64,000 nucleotides of DNA from a virus. Made by a program: the position numbers and the translations under genes. The notes under the pieces are model-generated. The model saw only the letters and a list, made by a program, of their open reading frames with translations, had not been told where the DNA came from and did not search any database. Below, piece by piece: positions 30,567 through 40,670 of this stretch (the first letter of the stretch is position 1; the number at the start of each line of letters is the position of its first letter). The stretch spans positions 3,189-67,188 of IMG/VR virus record IMGVR_UViG_3300027973_000054; one strand, given 5' to 3'.

Positions 30567-31279
30567 AAATTAAATCTTCCTTTTAAAGCTTTGTAGTTTT
30601 GAAGAATTTCATCCTTGGTTAGTTGTCTCTGATACATTCCTGCGTAAGCAATTCTTACAAGAGAATTTTCTCCAAAAGAATTATTTGCTCCAAATACAAT
30701 TCTATTTACATTTGAATTATTAAAAACTGTTCCCATGACTCTGTCATTTTCTTCTATTGAATTTACATAATATTTTACTCTTCCAGAAGCTTTCCAAGAT
30801 ACATTAATAATTTTATAATCATCATTTATAGACTGTAAAGAAGACGTAGGATAAAAGTCTCCAAAACCACCAGAAGATGAATTATACCAAAGGCCAAATC
30901 TTGTTTGATCACAAGATGCCAGACAGTAATAAAATTGATAATCATTAGATACGGTTGAATCTCCCATCGCCATTAATCTAGAACAACTACCAAAATTAGT
31001 ATTACTTATACTAGCCATAATTATTTGTAGCGTACATTCAGAAGCAATTTGATGTTTTAATAATCCATTATACCAAATATAATCATTTGATTCATTTAAT
31101 GAAAAGCAAGGAATTCCTTTATGTAATCCAAAAGTAGGACTATTCACTATTGTGAAATCATAATTATTGCATAAATCGCGCCAAATTGTTCCAGTTCCAG
31201 AATAACTTTTCCTATTAGCTGCATCTAAGCACATTACTAATCCATCAGTAACTATTTTAGGATTATATCCTACTCCCAT
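30563..31279 (-). CDS. LamG/concanavalin A-like lectin protein
   Basis: PKIVTDGLVMCLDAANRKSYSG...LTKDEILQNYKALKGRF. Confidence 0.75.
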   Translation of the reverse strand: MGVGYNPKIVTDGLVMCLDAANRKSYSGTGTIWRDLCNNYDFTIVNSPTFGLHKGIPCFSLNESNDYIWYNGLLKHQIASECTLQIIMASISNTNFGSCSRLMAMGDSTVSNDYQFYYCLASCDQTRFGLWYNSSSGGFGDFYPTSSLQSINDDYKIINVSWKASGRVKYYVNSIEENDRVMGTVFNNSNVNRIVFGANNSFGENSLVRIAYAGMYQRQLTKDEILQNYKALKGRFNL

Positions 31280-31280
31280 A

Positions 31281-34200
31281 TTAAAACTCCACAGTTAATT
31301 TTGGAATATCTTTTCGTTCTCCATATACTGTATAAAAATAATAGTTTCCATTATTACCATTTGTGATTATTCTTGTATTATTATAATCAACAACATAAAT
31401 ATTAGAGTATACATTAATTGGAGTGAGATTAACTGAAATGCTATTTTCATTAACTAAAGCTGACCAGTAATTTGGAAGGTTTATTATATTTTCATTAGTC
31501 TTTCCTCTTAGGAATACTCCATGTTCTGGACCTTCTAAACTAGCATATTGAAGTTTTTTATTGTTATCTAAAGGATGATCAATCAAGAATGATTTAGATG
31601 TTGCTGCGAAGTGTCCAATTACTGTTGTTGTTCCAGAGAAAGTTTTTTGTCCTAATACTGTTTGATTACCAGTAGTATAGACCACATTATTGTTGAAAAA
31701 TCCGCTAATTAAATTAATTTTATTATCAAGATTTGATCCAGTAGAAGCTATCTGCCCACTAAAGAGAATGTCTTGAGCATTTACATATCCACTCAAAGAG
31801 TTGATCTTGTTATCTAACCTGCTGCCAGTATTGAATATTTGCCCACTAAATAATGTATCTTGAGAATTTACGTAACCACTTAAGCTATTAATCTTATTAT
31901 CTAAAACAGAACCAGTATTAAATAATTGAATATCGGTTGCAAAGTTAGTATCTAAAGAGCCAGTATATCCTGTGAATAAACCGCTTAAGGCTATAATGCT
32001 ATTGTATAAACTCGACCCACTAGAAGCAATCTGTCCACTAAAGATAATGTCTTGACTATTAACGTATCCACTCAAAGAGTTTATTTTATTGTCTAGTCTA
32101 CTTCCAGTATTAAATGTTTGACCGCTGAATATATTATCCTGAGAATTAACATAGCCACTAAGTGAATTAATTTTGTTATCAAGAGTTGAACCAGTAGCGT
32201 ATAAATTTGCTGGCAACGTTCCAAATATACCTGTAATTCCAGTAACATAACCACTGAGCGCATTAATCTTATTATCAAGTCTACTGCCTGTATTAAATGT
32301 TTGACCACTAAAGATTATGTCTTGAGAATTAACATGCCCGCTTAATGAATTTATCTTGGTATCTAATATGCCACCTGTGTTAAAAATTTGTCCGCTGAAT
32401 ACATTGTCTTGAAAGTTGATGTAACCACTAAGGGAATTGATTTTATTATTAAGAGTAGAACCTGTAGAAAACAAATTAGAAACTGTAGCGTAAGAGGTTA
32501 AATCTACTCCTGTTATTAATTTATTACCACTAACAATTGGAAATACATCAAAAGTTTTAATTCCGCTGATAATCTGGTTAGTAGTATTATAAACTAAATT
32601 ATTTGCATATACATTTTTAGATCCATATATATTTTCATATACATATACATTTGTATTAGATATTCTTAAATCTTCGCCACCTCCATCAATTTGAAAGTAA
32701 GTATTTCCAAAACCAAAGCCATGTGAGCGCCCAAGACTAAGTGTATCGTATTCTGAACTTATAGTTAAATATGATTCAGTTACACCAGCTCCTCCTCCTC
32801 CATTTATATATAAATTACTTACCTCTCCATCATTTGAAATGTTTCCAGAAATAAAACCAGCCGTACTACTTTGATTTCCAAAAAGTAATTGATTTGCAAA
32901 AGTTTTATTTCCACCTATGATTTGATCGCCAGTTGTATAAACAACATTTGATATAGTTTGAGATGTTGGAATAATTCCTGTTAATACTGGATTTCCACTG
33001 ATGTATATTGCGTTGTATACATTAATTGAAGAGTTGCCAGTTATTACTATATCTATTCCTGATAAGAATAATTTATCAATATTTGAAACTTTAACATTAT
33101 TGAAATTTCCAGTACCAGATACAGCTATGTTATTGATGAATGTTTTATTACCAGAGATAATTTGATCGCCAGTAGTATAAACAATGGTACTTGGTAAAGT
33201 TATAGATTTACTATCTACATAACCGCTAAGTGAATTGATCTTGTTGTCTAATCTGCTTCCTGTGTTGGATGTCTGACCACTAAATATGATATTTTGGGAA
33301 TTGACATATCCACTTAAAGAATTGATTTTTGCATCCAAAGTAGCACCAGTAGAATATAAATTTGCTGGTAATGTACCAAATGTTCCAGTGATTCCTGTAA
33401 CATATCCACTTAGAGCGTTGATTTTATTATCTAATATGCTTCCAGTATTGAATATTTGCCCACTGAAAACAATGTCTTGAGAATTTATATAACCACTAAG
33501 AGAATTGATTTTGTTATCTAGTCTACTACCAGTGTTGAAAGTTTGACCGCTAAAAATAATATCTTGTGAATTGACGTACCCACTCAAAGAGTTGATCTTA
33601 TTGTCTAAAGTTGATCCCGTGGTAAATAATTGTGCATCAGTTGCAAAATTAGCATCTAAATTTCCAGTATAAGATGTAAATGCTCCACTTAAACTATTAA
33701 TTTTATTGTCTAAAATAGAACCCGTAGAAAACAAATTAGCAACTGTAGCGTAAGAACTAAGATTTACTCCAGTTAATACTTGATTACCAGAAATAGTTAT
33801 AGCAATATTAGATGCTATTACAGAAGATAATGCTGGGGAACCAAATGAATTTCCTTTAATTTCTATCAAATCTTCTAAAGGAAAAGAGGGTGTTGGGGTA
33901 GCTGCTTGAGACAATGCTACTGCAATTTTTGGATAACCATTATAAGTTCCATATATAGCGGCTGAATTAATTCCTCCAAGAGATTGAAAATTAATAGCTC
34001 TTGTTTGAGCAAAATTAATTGGAGATCCATTAGCAGAATTAGGAAAAATTATTCCACTATTAAAAGTTTTTATGCCATTTATTGTTTGATTACCAGAAGT
34101 TAATACAGAAATTCCACTTAACGAATTGATCTTATTATCTAAAATAGAACCCGTAGTAAATAATTGTGCGTCTGTTGCGAAGTTAGCGTCTAGAGTTCCA

Positions 34201-36155
34201 GTGTACCCTGTAAATAAACCGCTTAAGGAAATAATGCTGTTATATAAATTAGAACCAGTAGAAGCTATTTGACCGCTAAAAATGATGTCTTTACTATCAA
34301 CATATCCACTTAGACTATTAATCTTGTTATCTAATCTACTACCCGTACTGAAAGTTTGTCCACTAAAAATAATATCTTGTGAGTTAACATAACCGCTCAA
34401 CGAATTAATTTTAGAATCTAATATGCTACCCGTATTAAATATTTGGCCACTAAAAATATTGTCTTGTGAATTAACGTAGCCGCTTAAAGAGTTAATTTTA
34501 TTATCTAGACTTGATCCAGTAGTGAATAATTGTGCATCAGTTGCGAAATTAGCATCTAGAGATCCTGTATATCCTGTGAATAGACCGCTTAAAGAAACGA
34601 TGCTGTTGTATAGCGCAGATCCAGTAGCAAAAAGATTTGCCGAGGATGCTGACCAGCCACTTAAAGAATTAATTTTATTGTCTAGTCTGCTGCCCGTGTT
34701 AAATGTTTGACCGCTGAATATAATATCCTGAGAATTAATATATCCACTCAGCGAATTAATTTTATTATTTAATATAGATCCACTTAAATTAAGATTTATT
34801 ATAGAAGCGAATCCCATTAAATTATCCATTGATATATAATTTGGGATAGTAGTTCCATCAAATATTTGATTAATGTAATATCCTTTATTAAATATAGTTC
34901 CCGCTGCAACAGCTTCAATTAAAGTAAAACCTGGTGGACCAGGAATTACGCGGTTAATATTTAAGTTAGTATTGCTAGGTGTAGTTAAAGATAAATAAAA
35001 TTTATCGCCAGTCTGACCAACAGAAGGAAGAGTTAAATTATAATTCGTTGTTGCTCCATCAAATGAAATAGAGTAACGAACATTTCTTCCTTCAGGTAAT
35101 GAATTCATAATAAATCCATTAAGAATAAAGGATCGGTCTTCAATAATATGATTTTCTTTAGAAAAATCTAAACTAGATCCAGTAGAACTTATCTGCCCAC
35201 TAAAGATATTATCTTGAGAATTTACGTATCCGCTCAAACTATTAATCTTAGCGTCTAAAGTCGATCCAGTATTAAATAATTGAAGATCAGTTGCGAATGT
35301 AGCATCTAAACTTCCAGTATAAGTTGTAAATAAACCGCTTAGAGAATTTATCTTATCGTTAAGATTGCTACCAGTTAGCGATATTTGCCCACTGAATAAA
35401 ATATCTTGAGAATTAATGTAACCACTGATAGAATTTATTTTATTATCTAATCTACTACCAGTGTTGAATATCTGACCGCTAAATATATTGTCTTGTGAAT
35501 TTACGTATCCACTGAGAGAATTGATTTTATTGTCCAAAGTCGAGCCAGTATTAAATAATTGAGCATCTGTCGCAAATGTTGTATCTAAAGATCCAGTATA
35601 AGACGTAAATAATCCACTTAACGAATTTATCTTGTTATCAAGTCTACTTCCACTTAATGCTATTTGACCACTAAAGATAACATCTTGAAAGTTTACATAT
35701 CCACTTAAACTATTGATCTTATTATTTAAAGTAGAACCAGTTATAAATAAATTAGCACTTGTAGCATACGAACTTAAATCTATTCCAGTAAGAACTGGAT
35801 TTCCATTTACAAAGAGTCCACTAGTAAAATTACCACTTCCATATATTGTGAAAGTATTACCAGAAATAACTAAAAAATCCCCTTGTGCCGAGTCGCCAAA
35901 TACTGTATCTTGTATAAAAGTTTTAGTTCCAGAGATGGTTTGATTGCCAGTGGTATAAACTATTGTAGATGGAAGACTAGTTGCTTCACCACTTAATAAA
36001 ACTCCAGTACCATTTACAGTTGGGCGAATATAGAAATTTTTAGATCCATCTATATTTTGATTGCCAGTATTGTAAACTAAATTTGGCCCAGAAACTTCAT
36101 AGGCAAACTTTCCAGTGTTGGCTACTAATGTTTTAGCTTTAAAAATCTGTGCCAT
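31281..36155 (-). CDS. Long tail fibre with coiled-coil repeats and C-terminal chaperone-like domain
   Basis: More than 25 TGSxLDNKINSLSG repeats, VYTTGNQTISGxKTF motifs, C-terminal KSFLIDHP...LQYASLEGPE.GV..RG. Confidence 0.8.
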   Translation of the reverse strand: MAQIFKAKTLVANTGKFAYEVSGPNLVYNTGNQNIDGSKNFYIRPTVNGTGVLLSGEATSLPSTIVYTTGNQTISGTKTFIQDTVFGDSAQGDFLVISGNTFTIYGSGNFTSGLFVNGNPVLTGIDLSSYATSANLFITGSTLNNKINSLSGYVNFQDVIFSGQIALSGSRLDNKINSLSGLFTSYTGSLDTTFATDAQLFNTGSTLDNKINSLSGYVNSQDNIFSGQIFNTGSRLDNKINSISGYINSQDILFSGQISLTGSNLNDKINSLSGLFTTYTGSLDATFATDLQLFNTGSTLDAKINSLSGYVNSQDNIFSGQISSTGSSLDFSKENHIIEDRSFILNGFIMNSLPEGRNVRYSISFDGATTNYNLTLPSVGQTGDKFYLSLTTPSNTNLNINRVIPGPPGFTLIEAVAAGTIFNKGYYINQIFDGTTIPNYISMDNLMGFASIINLNLSGSILNNKINSLSGYINSQDIIFSGQTFNTGSRLDNKINSLSGWSASSANLFATGSALYNSIVSLSGLFTGYTGSLDANFATDAQLFTTGSSLDNKINSLSGYVNSQDNIFSGQIFNTGSILDSKINSLSGYVNSQDIIFSGQTFSTGSRLDNKINSLSGYVDSKDIIFSGQIASTGSNLYNSIISLSGLFTGYTGTLDANFATDAQLFTTGSILDNKINSLSGISVLTSGNQTINGIKTFNSGIIFPNSANGSPINFAQTRAINFQSLGGINSAAIYGTYNGYPKIAVALSQAATPTPSFPLEDLIEIKGNSFGSPALSSVIASNIAITISGNQVLTGVNLSSYATVANLFSTGSILDNKINSLSGAFTSYTGNLDANFATDAQLFTTGSTLDNKINSLSGYVNSQDIIFSGQTFNTGSRLDNKINSLSGYINSQDIVFSGQIFNTGSILDNKINALSGYVTGITGTFGTLPANLYSTGATLDAKINSLSGYVNSQNIIFSGQTSNTGSRLDNKINSLSGYVDSKSITLPSTIVYTTGDQIISGNKTFINNIAVSGTGNFNNVKVSNIDKLFLSGIDIVITGNSSINVYNAIYISGNPVLTGIIPTSQTISNVVYTTGDQIIGGNKTFANQLLFGNQSSTAGFISGNISNDGEVSNLYINGGGGAGVTESYLTISSEYDTLSLGRSHGFGFGNTYFQIDGGGEDLRISNTNVYVYENIYGSKNVYANNLVYNTTNQIISGIKTFDVFPIVSGNKLITGVDLTSYATVSNLFSTGSTLNNKINSLSGYINFQDNVFSGQIFNTGGILDTKINSLSGHVNSQDIIFSGQTFNTGSRLDNKINALSGYVTGITGIFGTLPANLYATGSTLDNKINSLSGYVNSQDNIFSGQTFNTGSRLDNKINSLSGYVNSQDIIFSGQIASSGSSLYNSIIALSGLFTGYTGSLDTNFATDIQLFNTGSVLDNKINSLSGYVNSQDTLFSGQIFNTGSRLDNKINSLSGYVNAQDILFSGQIASTGSNLDNKINLISGFFNNNVVYTTGNQTVLGQKTFSGTTTVIGHFAATSKSFLIDHPLDNNKKLQYASLEGPEHGVFLRGKTNENIINLPNYWSALVNENSISVNLTPINVYSNIYVVDYNNTRIITNGNNGNYYFYTVYGERKDIPKLTVEF

Positions 36156-36173
36156 TTTTCTTTTTATTCCTTT

Positions 36174-36214
36174 TGTTGGTTTTTAGGCCAAACTGTCGCT
36201 TTTTAAGGCGAACT
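36174..36214 (-). promoter_or_regulatory. Tandem hairpin element in fibre-gene 5' leader
   Basis: AGT-TCGC-CTTAAAAA-GCGA-C then AGT-TTGG-CCTAAAAA-CCAA-C, just before the AAGGA SD. Confidence 0.55.
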
Positions 36215-36254
36215 AAAGAGTAAAAGAATTATTAATTCTATTATTCTAGTGAAT

Positions 36255-36261
36255 ATTACAC
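36255..36261 (-). promoter_or_regulatory. GTGTAAT putative late promoter
   Basis: Intergenic, 99 nt before ATG 36155. Confidence 0.65.
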
Positions 36262-36268
36262 TAGTTAA

Positions 36269-37084
36269 TTATTGTGTGGAAGCAAAAGTATGGATTTTTG
36301 CTCCAGCTTCTAAAATATTATCAGAAAGTAATCCTGTATATCCAGCTGTGCCAATTGATTTTGTTGATAAGTTATACATTACATCTCCAGGAACTTCAAG
36401 AGTTGCTAATACTTTTGGTGTAGATCCGAAAGCTACTGGGAAATTAATTTGATATGCATCTAATCCAACATTTAATGTTGTAGAAAATACTTGTTGACTA
36501 GTTTTTGCAACATATGTTGCATTTGCATAGCCACTTAAGCTATCTATTTTATTATCTAAAATGCTGCCAGTATTTACGATTCGTTGGCTTAGTAAACTGT
36601 CTTGAGTATTAACATAGCCACTTAAGGAGTTGATTTTATTATCTAAAAGACTACCAGTAGCTGTAAGTTGTCCACTTATAATTCCAATAGACGCAGTACT
36701 TGAACCAGTAAATGTAGTAAATAAGTTATATAGATTACTACCAGTTAGTGCTAAATTGCTAGAAACTTGATTTGATAGAGCTTGAAAATATCCACTATTG
36801 CCTACTACTTTAATTTCACCAAGTGAAGAATTTACATCTATAGTAATTCCATCTCCACCTGTTATATAAAGATTACCTGTTAAATTATTTACGCTATTTA
36901 CGTCAGCATTCGCTACATCAATTAAACTTTTTAAATAACCACTAATTCCAGTAAGTTCACTATAGTAAGCTAAACCACTATTTCCGAATCCAAGTCTTAG
37001 TGTTGAGCTGTTATCCCAAGCTGCACTTTGAACTGGAGTTAAATTATATCCACTAAGCCTAAGATGTTTGAATGCACTAATCAT
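36269..37084 (-). CDS. Short fibre-related protein
   Basis: Same TGSxLDNKINSLSGY repeat, VNSVNNLTG motif, C-terminal INFPVAFGSTPKV domain. Confidence 0.65.
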   Translation of the reverse strand: MISAFKHLRLSGYNLTPVQSAAWDNSSTLRLGFGNSGLAYYSELTGISGYLKSLIDVANADVNSVNNLTGNLYITGGDGITIDVNSSLGEIKVVGNSGYFQALSNQVSSNLALTGSNLYNLFTTFTGSSTASIGIISGQLTATGSLLDNKINSLSGYVNTQDSLLSQRIVNTGSILDNKIDSLSGYANATYVAKTSQQVFSTTLNVGLDAYQINFPVAFGSTPKVLATLEVPGDVMYNLSTKSIGTAGYTGLLSDNILEAGAKIHTFASTQ

Positions 37085-37107
37085 ATATATTTATTTCCTT
37101 TCACATT

Positions 37108-37114
37108 ATTACAC
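37108..37114 (-). promoter_or_regulatory. GTGTAAT putative late promoter
   Basis: 23 nt before ATG, AAGGA SD between. Confidence 0.7.
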
Positions 37115-37121
37115 ATATTTT

Positions 37122-37676
37122 TTACTTTTTAACTTGAATATTTAAAAAATACCCATTATTTAGTAAATTATCACTAAAATTTATATAGAATCCAGAATTA
37201 TTTATTGAACCAATATTAAAATAATAGGCCATATCATCTATTGTGTTCTGAAAGGTGCAAACTACTGATTTTGGCGTAGTACTTAATGATTGTGGATATT
37301 GAATATAGTAGTTATCTGATCCAGCCGTAAGATTAGCCTTATAACCCAATATATTTTCACGCTCAAAATATCCGCTTAATGGAGAAGCATCAATTTTAAT
37401 TGATTTATAAGGGTTTAAATCTGTATTTGTTAGTATTGAAATTCCAGTACCAGCAACAAATCTTAAAGTTTCTATTCCAGTAGGAATTAAATCTGCTTGT
37501 CCACTTACATTTATTATTTTAAAAAGATCAGCAGCGCCAGTGCCAGCTGGACCAGCTGGACCTTGAGGACCTTGGGCTCCAGGAATATACACATTAGCAT
37601 TCGCAGGAAAACTTGGAGAAGTTACATCCGTTGTGATTGCGTTTGGCAAGATTACATCTACGATTACATCTCCCAT
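37122..37676 (-). CDS. Virion protein with short collagen-like segment
   Basis: GAQGPQGPAGPAG; C-terminal domain resembles that of 36269-37084. Confidence 0.6.
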   Translation of the reverse strand: MGDVIVDVILPNAITTDVTSPSFPANANVYIPGAQGPQGPAGPAGTGAADLFKIINVSGQADLIPTGIETLRFVAGTGISILTNTDLNPYKSIKIDASPLSGYFERENILGYKANLTAGSDNYYIQYPQSLSTTPKSVVCTFQNTIDDMAYYFNIGSINNSGFYINFSDNLLNNGYFLNIQVKK

Positions 37677-37680
37677 AAAA

Positions 37681-38055
37681 TTAAAAAGATGTTACTTCTG
37701 GGCTTACAACAAATTTTCCTCTGATTAGTTTTATAGAATTACCAGTTGGTATTCCATAAGGAAATCTTTCTATATCATAAACAAAAACTCCAACAGGAAT
37801 AGCTGCCATTGTATAAGAATCAACATTTATATTTACTATACCAGATGGATAAGATGATCCATTATTTCCAGATACAATAAATGGATTTAAATTTAATAAA
37901 ACTTGTTCATTTCCTGTGTATCCGTAAGCATATCTTACAACACCTCTAACATCGTATCCACTTAAATTTATTGGTGTATTATCTGTATTTCTTACTCTTA
38001 AGGAAAGTTGTATGTTGTCACCTTGTATAGTTTCTATATTATATGAAGTAGCCAT
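37681..38055 (-). CDS. Fibre-anchoring (BppU-N-like) virion protein
   Basis: IQGD......V...D.TPINLSGY...VYDIE...LIRGKFVVSPEVT pattern, typically upstream of collagen fibres. Confidence 0.55.
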   Translation of the reverse strand: MATSYNIETIQGDNIQLSLRVRNTDNTPINLSGYDVRGVVRYAYGYTGNEQVLLNLNPFIVSGNNGSSYPSGIVNINVDSYTMAAIPVGVFVYDIERFPYGIPTGNSIKLIRGKFVVSPEVTSF

Positions 38056-38062
38056 ATAATAA

Positions 38063-38069
38063 ATTACAC
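38063..38069 (-). promoter_or_regulatory. GTGTAAT putative late promoter
   Basis: 7 nt before ATG, no SD. Confidence 0.7.
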
Positions 38070-38096
38070 GAACAATTAAAAATTAATTAAAAAGAA

Positions 38097-40157
38097 TTAA
38101 TAAAAGAATGGAACATACATTGTTCCAAATGAAGCTGTACTAACTGACATATATCCTGATCTAGTACCCATTACAAGGTTAACTCCAAAATCAACACTTG
38201 TTCCAGTATATAAAAGACCACCATCCATAAATCCAGTAGCATACCATCCACTTTGGGGTGTTACATTAAATGGAGTAATATCATTTTTATAGTAAACTCC
38301 AGAGGTTGAGCTATCAACAACTAGCCATGCTGGAGAGAATTGTGATACAGTATGGTTACCATATATAACATTAAATCCACTAACTCCAACATAAGAGGTT
38401 GTGCTAAATATATTAAATTTATTTAAAAATAAAGTAGAAGTTGCCGTAAACTCTTGAGCGGGAGATACTAAACTAGTAGATGCTCCAGAATCATAATTAA
38501 AACCTGATATAAATATTCTATTAGCTAATTTATCATAATATGGATCTTGAAATGTATTAGTTGTAAACATTGGTCCATTTTGATTTAATGAATTTGCTAT
38601 GGTATCGAATTCGCTTTGAATTATAATATTTTCACCATTAATCTTTGGTCTATTTATAGAATCAAGTCTTATTTCAGATGGATTAATTTCTATTTTGTTA
38701 TCAACTGTTGCTAAAGAAATTGTTGCGGTTTTATTTGCTCCTGTTGGAGTATAATTAATTCCAATAAATATAGAATTATAATCTCCAGATCTTACTTCAT
38801 TATTATTTCCAATAACATAATTTTCAAAACCAGAAATAGAATTATTTTCTCCAAATGCATATGAATTACTACTTTTTTCTAGATAATTATTTGATCCAAA
38901 TATATAAGAAGTTGAATTATTTAATACTTGATTACTATCTCCAAAAATATAAGAAAATTCATTTAAACTTGTTTGATTGTTATTTCCAACTATGAAATTA
39001 AAACTTCCACCAAACATTTCACCGCTAGTAGTTCCAGTATAACCACCAAGCATTTGATAACCAGTAATTCCAGTGAAAAGTGTTGGTCCTGCTCCAGTAA
39101 TACCAGTAAGCGCGACTCTGTAAAGTTGATCTATTATTGATCGATTTAATTGGTTATTATTTCCTAATAAAGTATTACCATCTGTTCCACTTAAATTATT
39201 TTCGTTGCCAAAAATAGAATCTTGAGCTGTATCTTGATTGAATATATTATTTGAACCATAAATATTCTCACCGATTCCATTAGCAGTATTTAAATTACCA
39301 AAAATAATATTTTGCAATCCAGTTGAACTATTAGATATACCAAAAATTGTATTTTGACTTGTATTATTTAAAACATTTAAATTTCCAAAAATATTATCTT
39401 GTGTTGCATTTGTTAGGGTGTTATCAATACCAAATAAATTTATATCAACAGCATTATTATAAGAATTGCCTTCTCCAAAATTATTTAAATTAGACGTATT
39501 TATTACAGTATTTGCGTCACAAAATAAATTTAAATAAGATGAACCTGAGATTTCATTGCTTTGTCCAAAAATAGAACTATTAGTTAATTCATTTAAAACA
39601 TTACTATTTCCAAACACGATAACCTCTGAACCACTTTTTATATTATTAGATTTGCCAATAAAATATACAAAACTTCCAGTTCTAAGAATATTATCTTGAC
39701 CAACAATACATGATGAATCTGATCCAGAATTAAAATTTGCTGCGCCAATATTAAAAGAAGTTAAGGAATCTACTTGATTATTAAAATAACCAAAATTATA
39801 ACTATTGATGCTATTTGCTGCAACATTAAAATAACCAATATTAAATCCTCCTAAATAACCAGTTTTAACAAAATCTATTTTATCGAAAAAACTATTATTA
39901 AATAATCCAATATTTTGTTGAAATACACCACTTCCAGTAAGATTATTTACTCCAATATTTATTGGCATCATTTCCAAACCATTAACTTTAAGTGGTCTAG
40001 AAAATGCAAAACCACTAAAATTCGCAGTTCGGCTAGAAGCAAAACCACTTGGAGATAGATAAAAACTAAGTGCTCCTAAACTCGATGGTAGCTCTACATA
40101 TTTATTTAACTCTGCATTGTAGGCTTGAAGATATAGATTTCCAGTAGGAGTACTCAT
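38097..40157 (-). CDS. YadA-head-like beta-roll repeat virion protein
   Basis: More than 20 copies of a ~14-aa (I/F)GxxN repeat. Confidence 0.65.
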   Translation of the reverse strand: MSTPTGNLYLQAYNAELNKYVELPSSLGALSFYLSPSGFASSRTANFSGFAFSRPLKVNGLEMMPINIGVNNLTGSGVFQQNIGLFNNSFFDKIDFVKTGYLGGFNIGYFNVAANSINSYNFGYFNNQVDSLTSFNIGAANFNSGSDSSCIVGQDNILRTGSFVYFIGKSNNIKSGSEVIVFGNSNVLNELTNSSIFGQSNEISGSSYLNLFCDANTVINTSNLNNFGEGNSYNNAVDINLFGIDNTLTNATQDNIFGNLNVLNNTSQNTIFGISNSSTGLQNIIFGNLNTANGIGENIYGSNNIFNQDTAQDSIFGNENNLSGTDGNTLLGNNNQLNRSIIDQLYRVALTGITGAGPTLFTGITGYQMLGGYTGTTSGEMFGGSFNFIVGNNNQTSLNEFSYIFGDSNQVLNNSTSYIFGSNNYLEKSSNSYAFGENNSISGFENYVIGNNNEVRSGDYNSIFIGINYTPTGANKTATISLATVDNKIEINPSEIRLDSINRPKINGENIIIQSEFDTIANSLNQNGPMFTTNTFQDPYYDKLANRIFISGFNYDSGASTSLVSPAQEFTATSTLFLNKFNIFSTTSYVGVSGFNVIYGNHTVSQFSPAWLVVDSSTSGVYYKNDITPFNVTPQSGWYATGFMDGGLLYTGTSVDFGVNLVMGTRSGYMSVSTASFGTMYVPFFY

Positions 40158-40166
40158 TTAATAAAA

Positions 40167-40173
40167 ATTACAC
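40167..40173 (-). promoter_or_regulatory. GTGTAAT putative late promoter
   Basis: 9 nt before ATG, no SD. Confidence 0.7.
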
Positions 40174-40209
40174 TTTTATTTTTACTAAATAAAAGTTTTC
40201 TTATTAATA

Positions 40210-40557
40210 TCACTTACCTTCTGATAGAATATCTTTTGCTTTTTTATTTAAACTAACAGTGCTTTCTTTTGATTTTGGAATATTAAAAAGTGAAACATGT
40301 TTTCTAAATTCTGCAATTAATCTTTTTGTAAGTGTTTCGCGATTATCAATAGGCACTAAACCGATTTTATTAGCATGAGATTGCAGGTCACTCTTGTTCA
40401 TGTCGTTAAGAAAATTGACATATTCCTTCTCATTAGTGCTTTGATATCTTGAATTGACATTATCACCCCAAATTTGATCTAGTGTTTTATATTGAATATT
40501 TTCAATCTTTCCGTGGGTTTGACTCATATTTTCTAAATTTACTTTTTTTCTGCTCAT
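40210..40557 (-). CDS. Small protein with HeH/Rho-N-like domain
   Basis: LNDMNKSDLQSHANKIGL....RETLTKRLI; follows capsid gene; AAGGAG SD and TATAAT (40574-40579) upstream. Confidence 0.5.
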   Translation of the reverse strand: MSRKKVNLENMSQTHGKIENIQYKTLDQIWGDNVNSRYQSTNEKEYVNFLNDMNKSDLQSHANKIGLVPIDNRETLTKRLIAEFRKHVSLFNIPKSKESTVSLNKKAKDILSEGK

Positions 40558-40612
40558 AATATCTCCTTACTATATTATAAATCTAATAGCACCAATTTCT
40601 AATGTTTTATTC

Positions 40613-40650
40613 AAAAAAAGACCCAGTAGGGATAAACCTACTGGGCCTTT
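40613..40650 (-). terminator. Intrinsic terminator after major capsid gene
   Basis: Minus strand AAAGGCCCAGTAGG-TTTATC-CCTACTGGGTCTTTTTTT. Confidence 0.9.
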
Positions 40651-40670
40651 AATTTTTATCTAATTATTAA

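Noticed and set aside
25690-35720. Regular repeats as a CRISPR array
   Set aside because: They are in-frame coding repeats with wobble variation, not identical repeats with unique spacers; no cas genes
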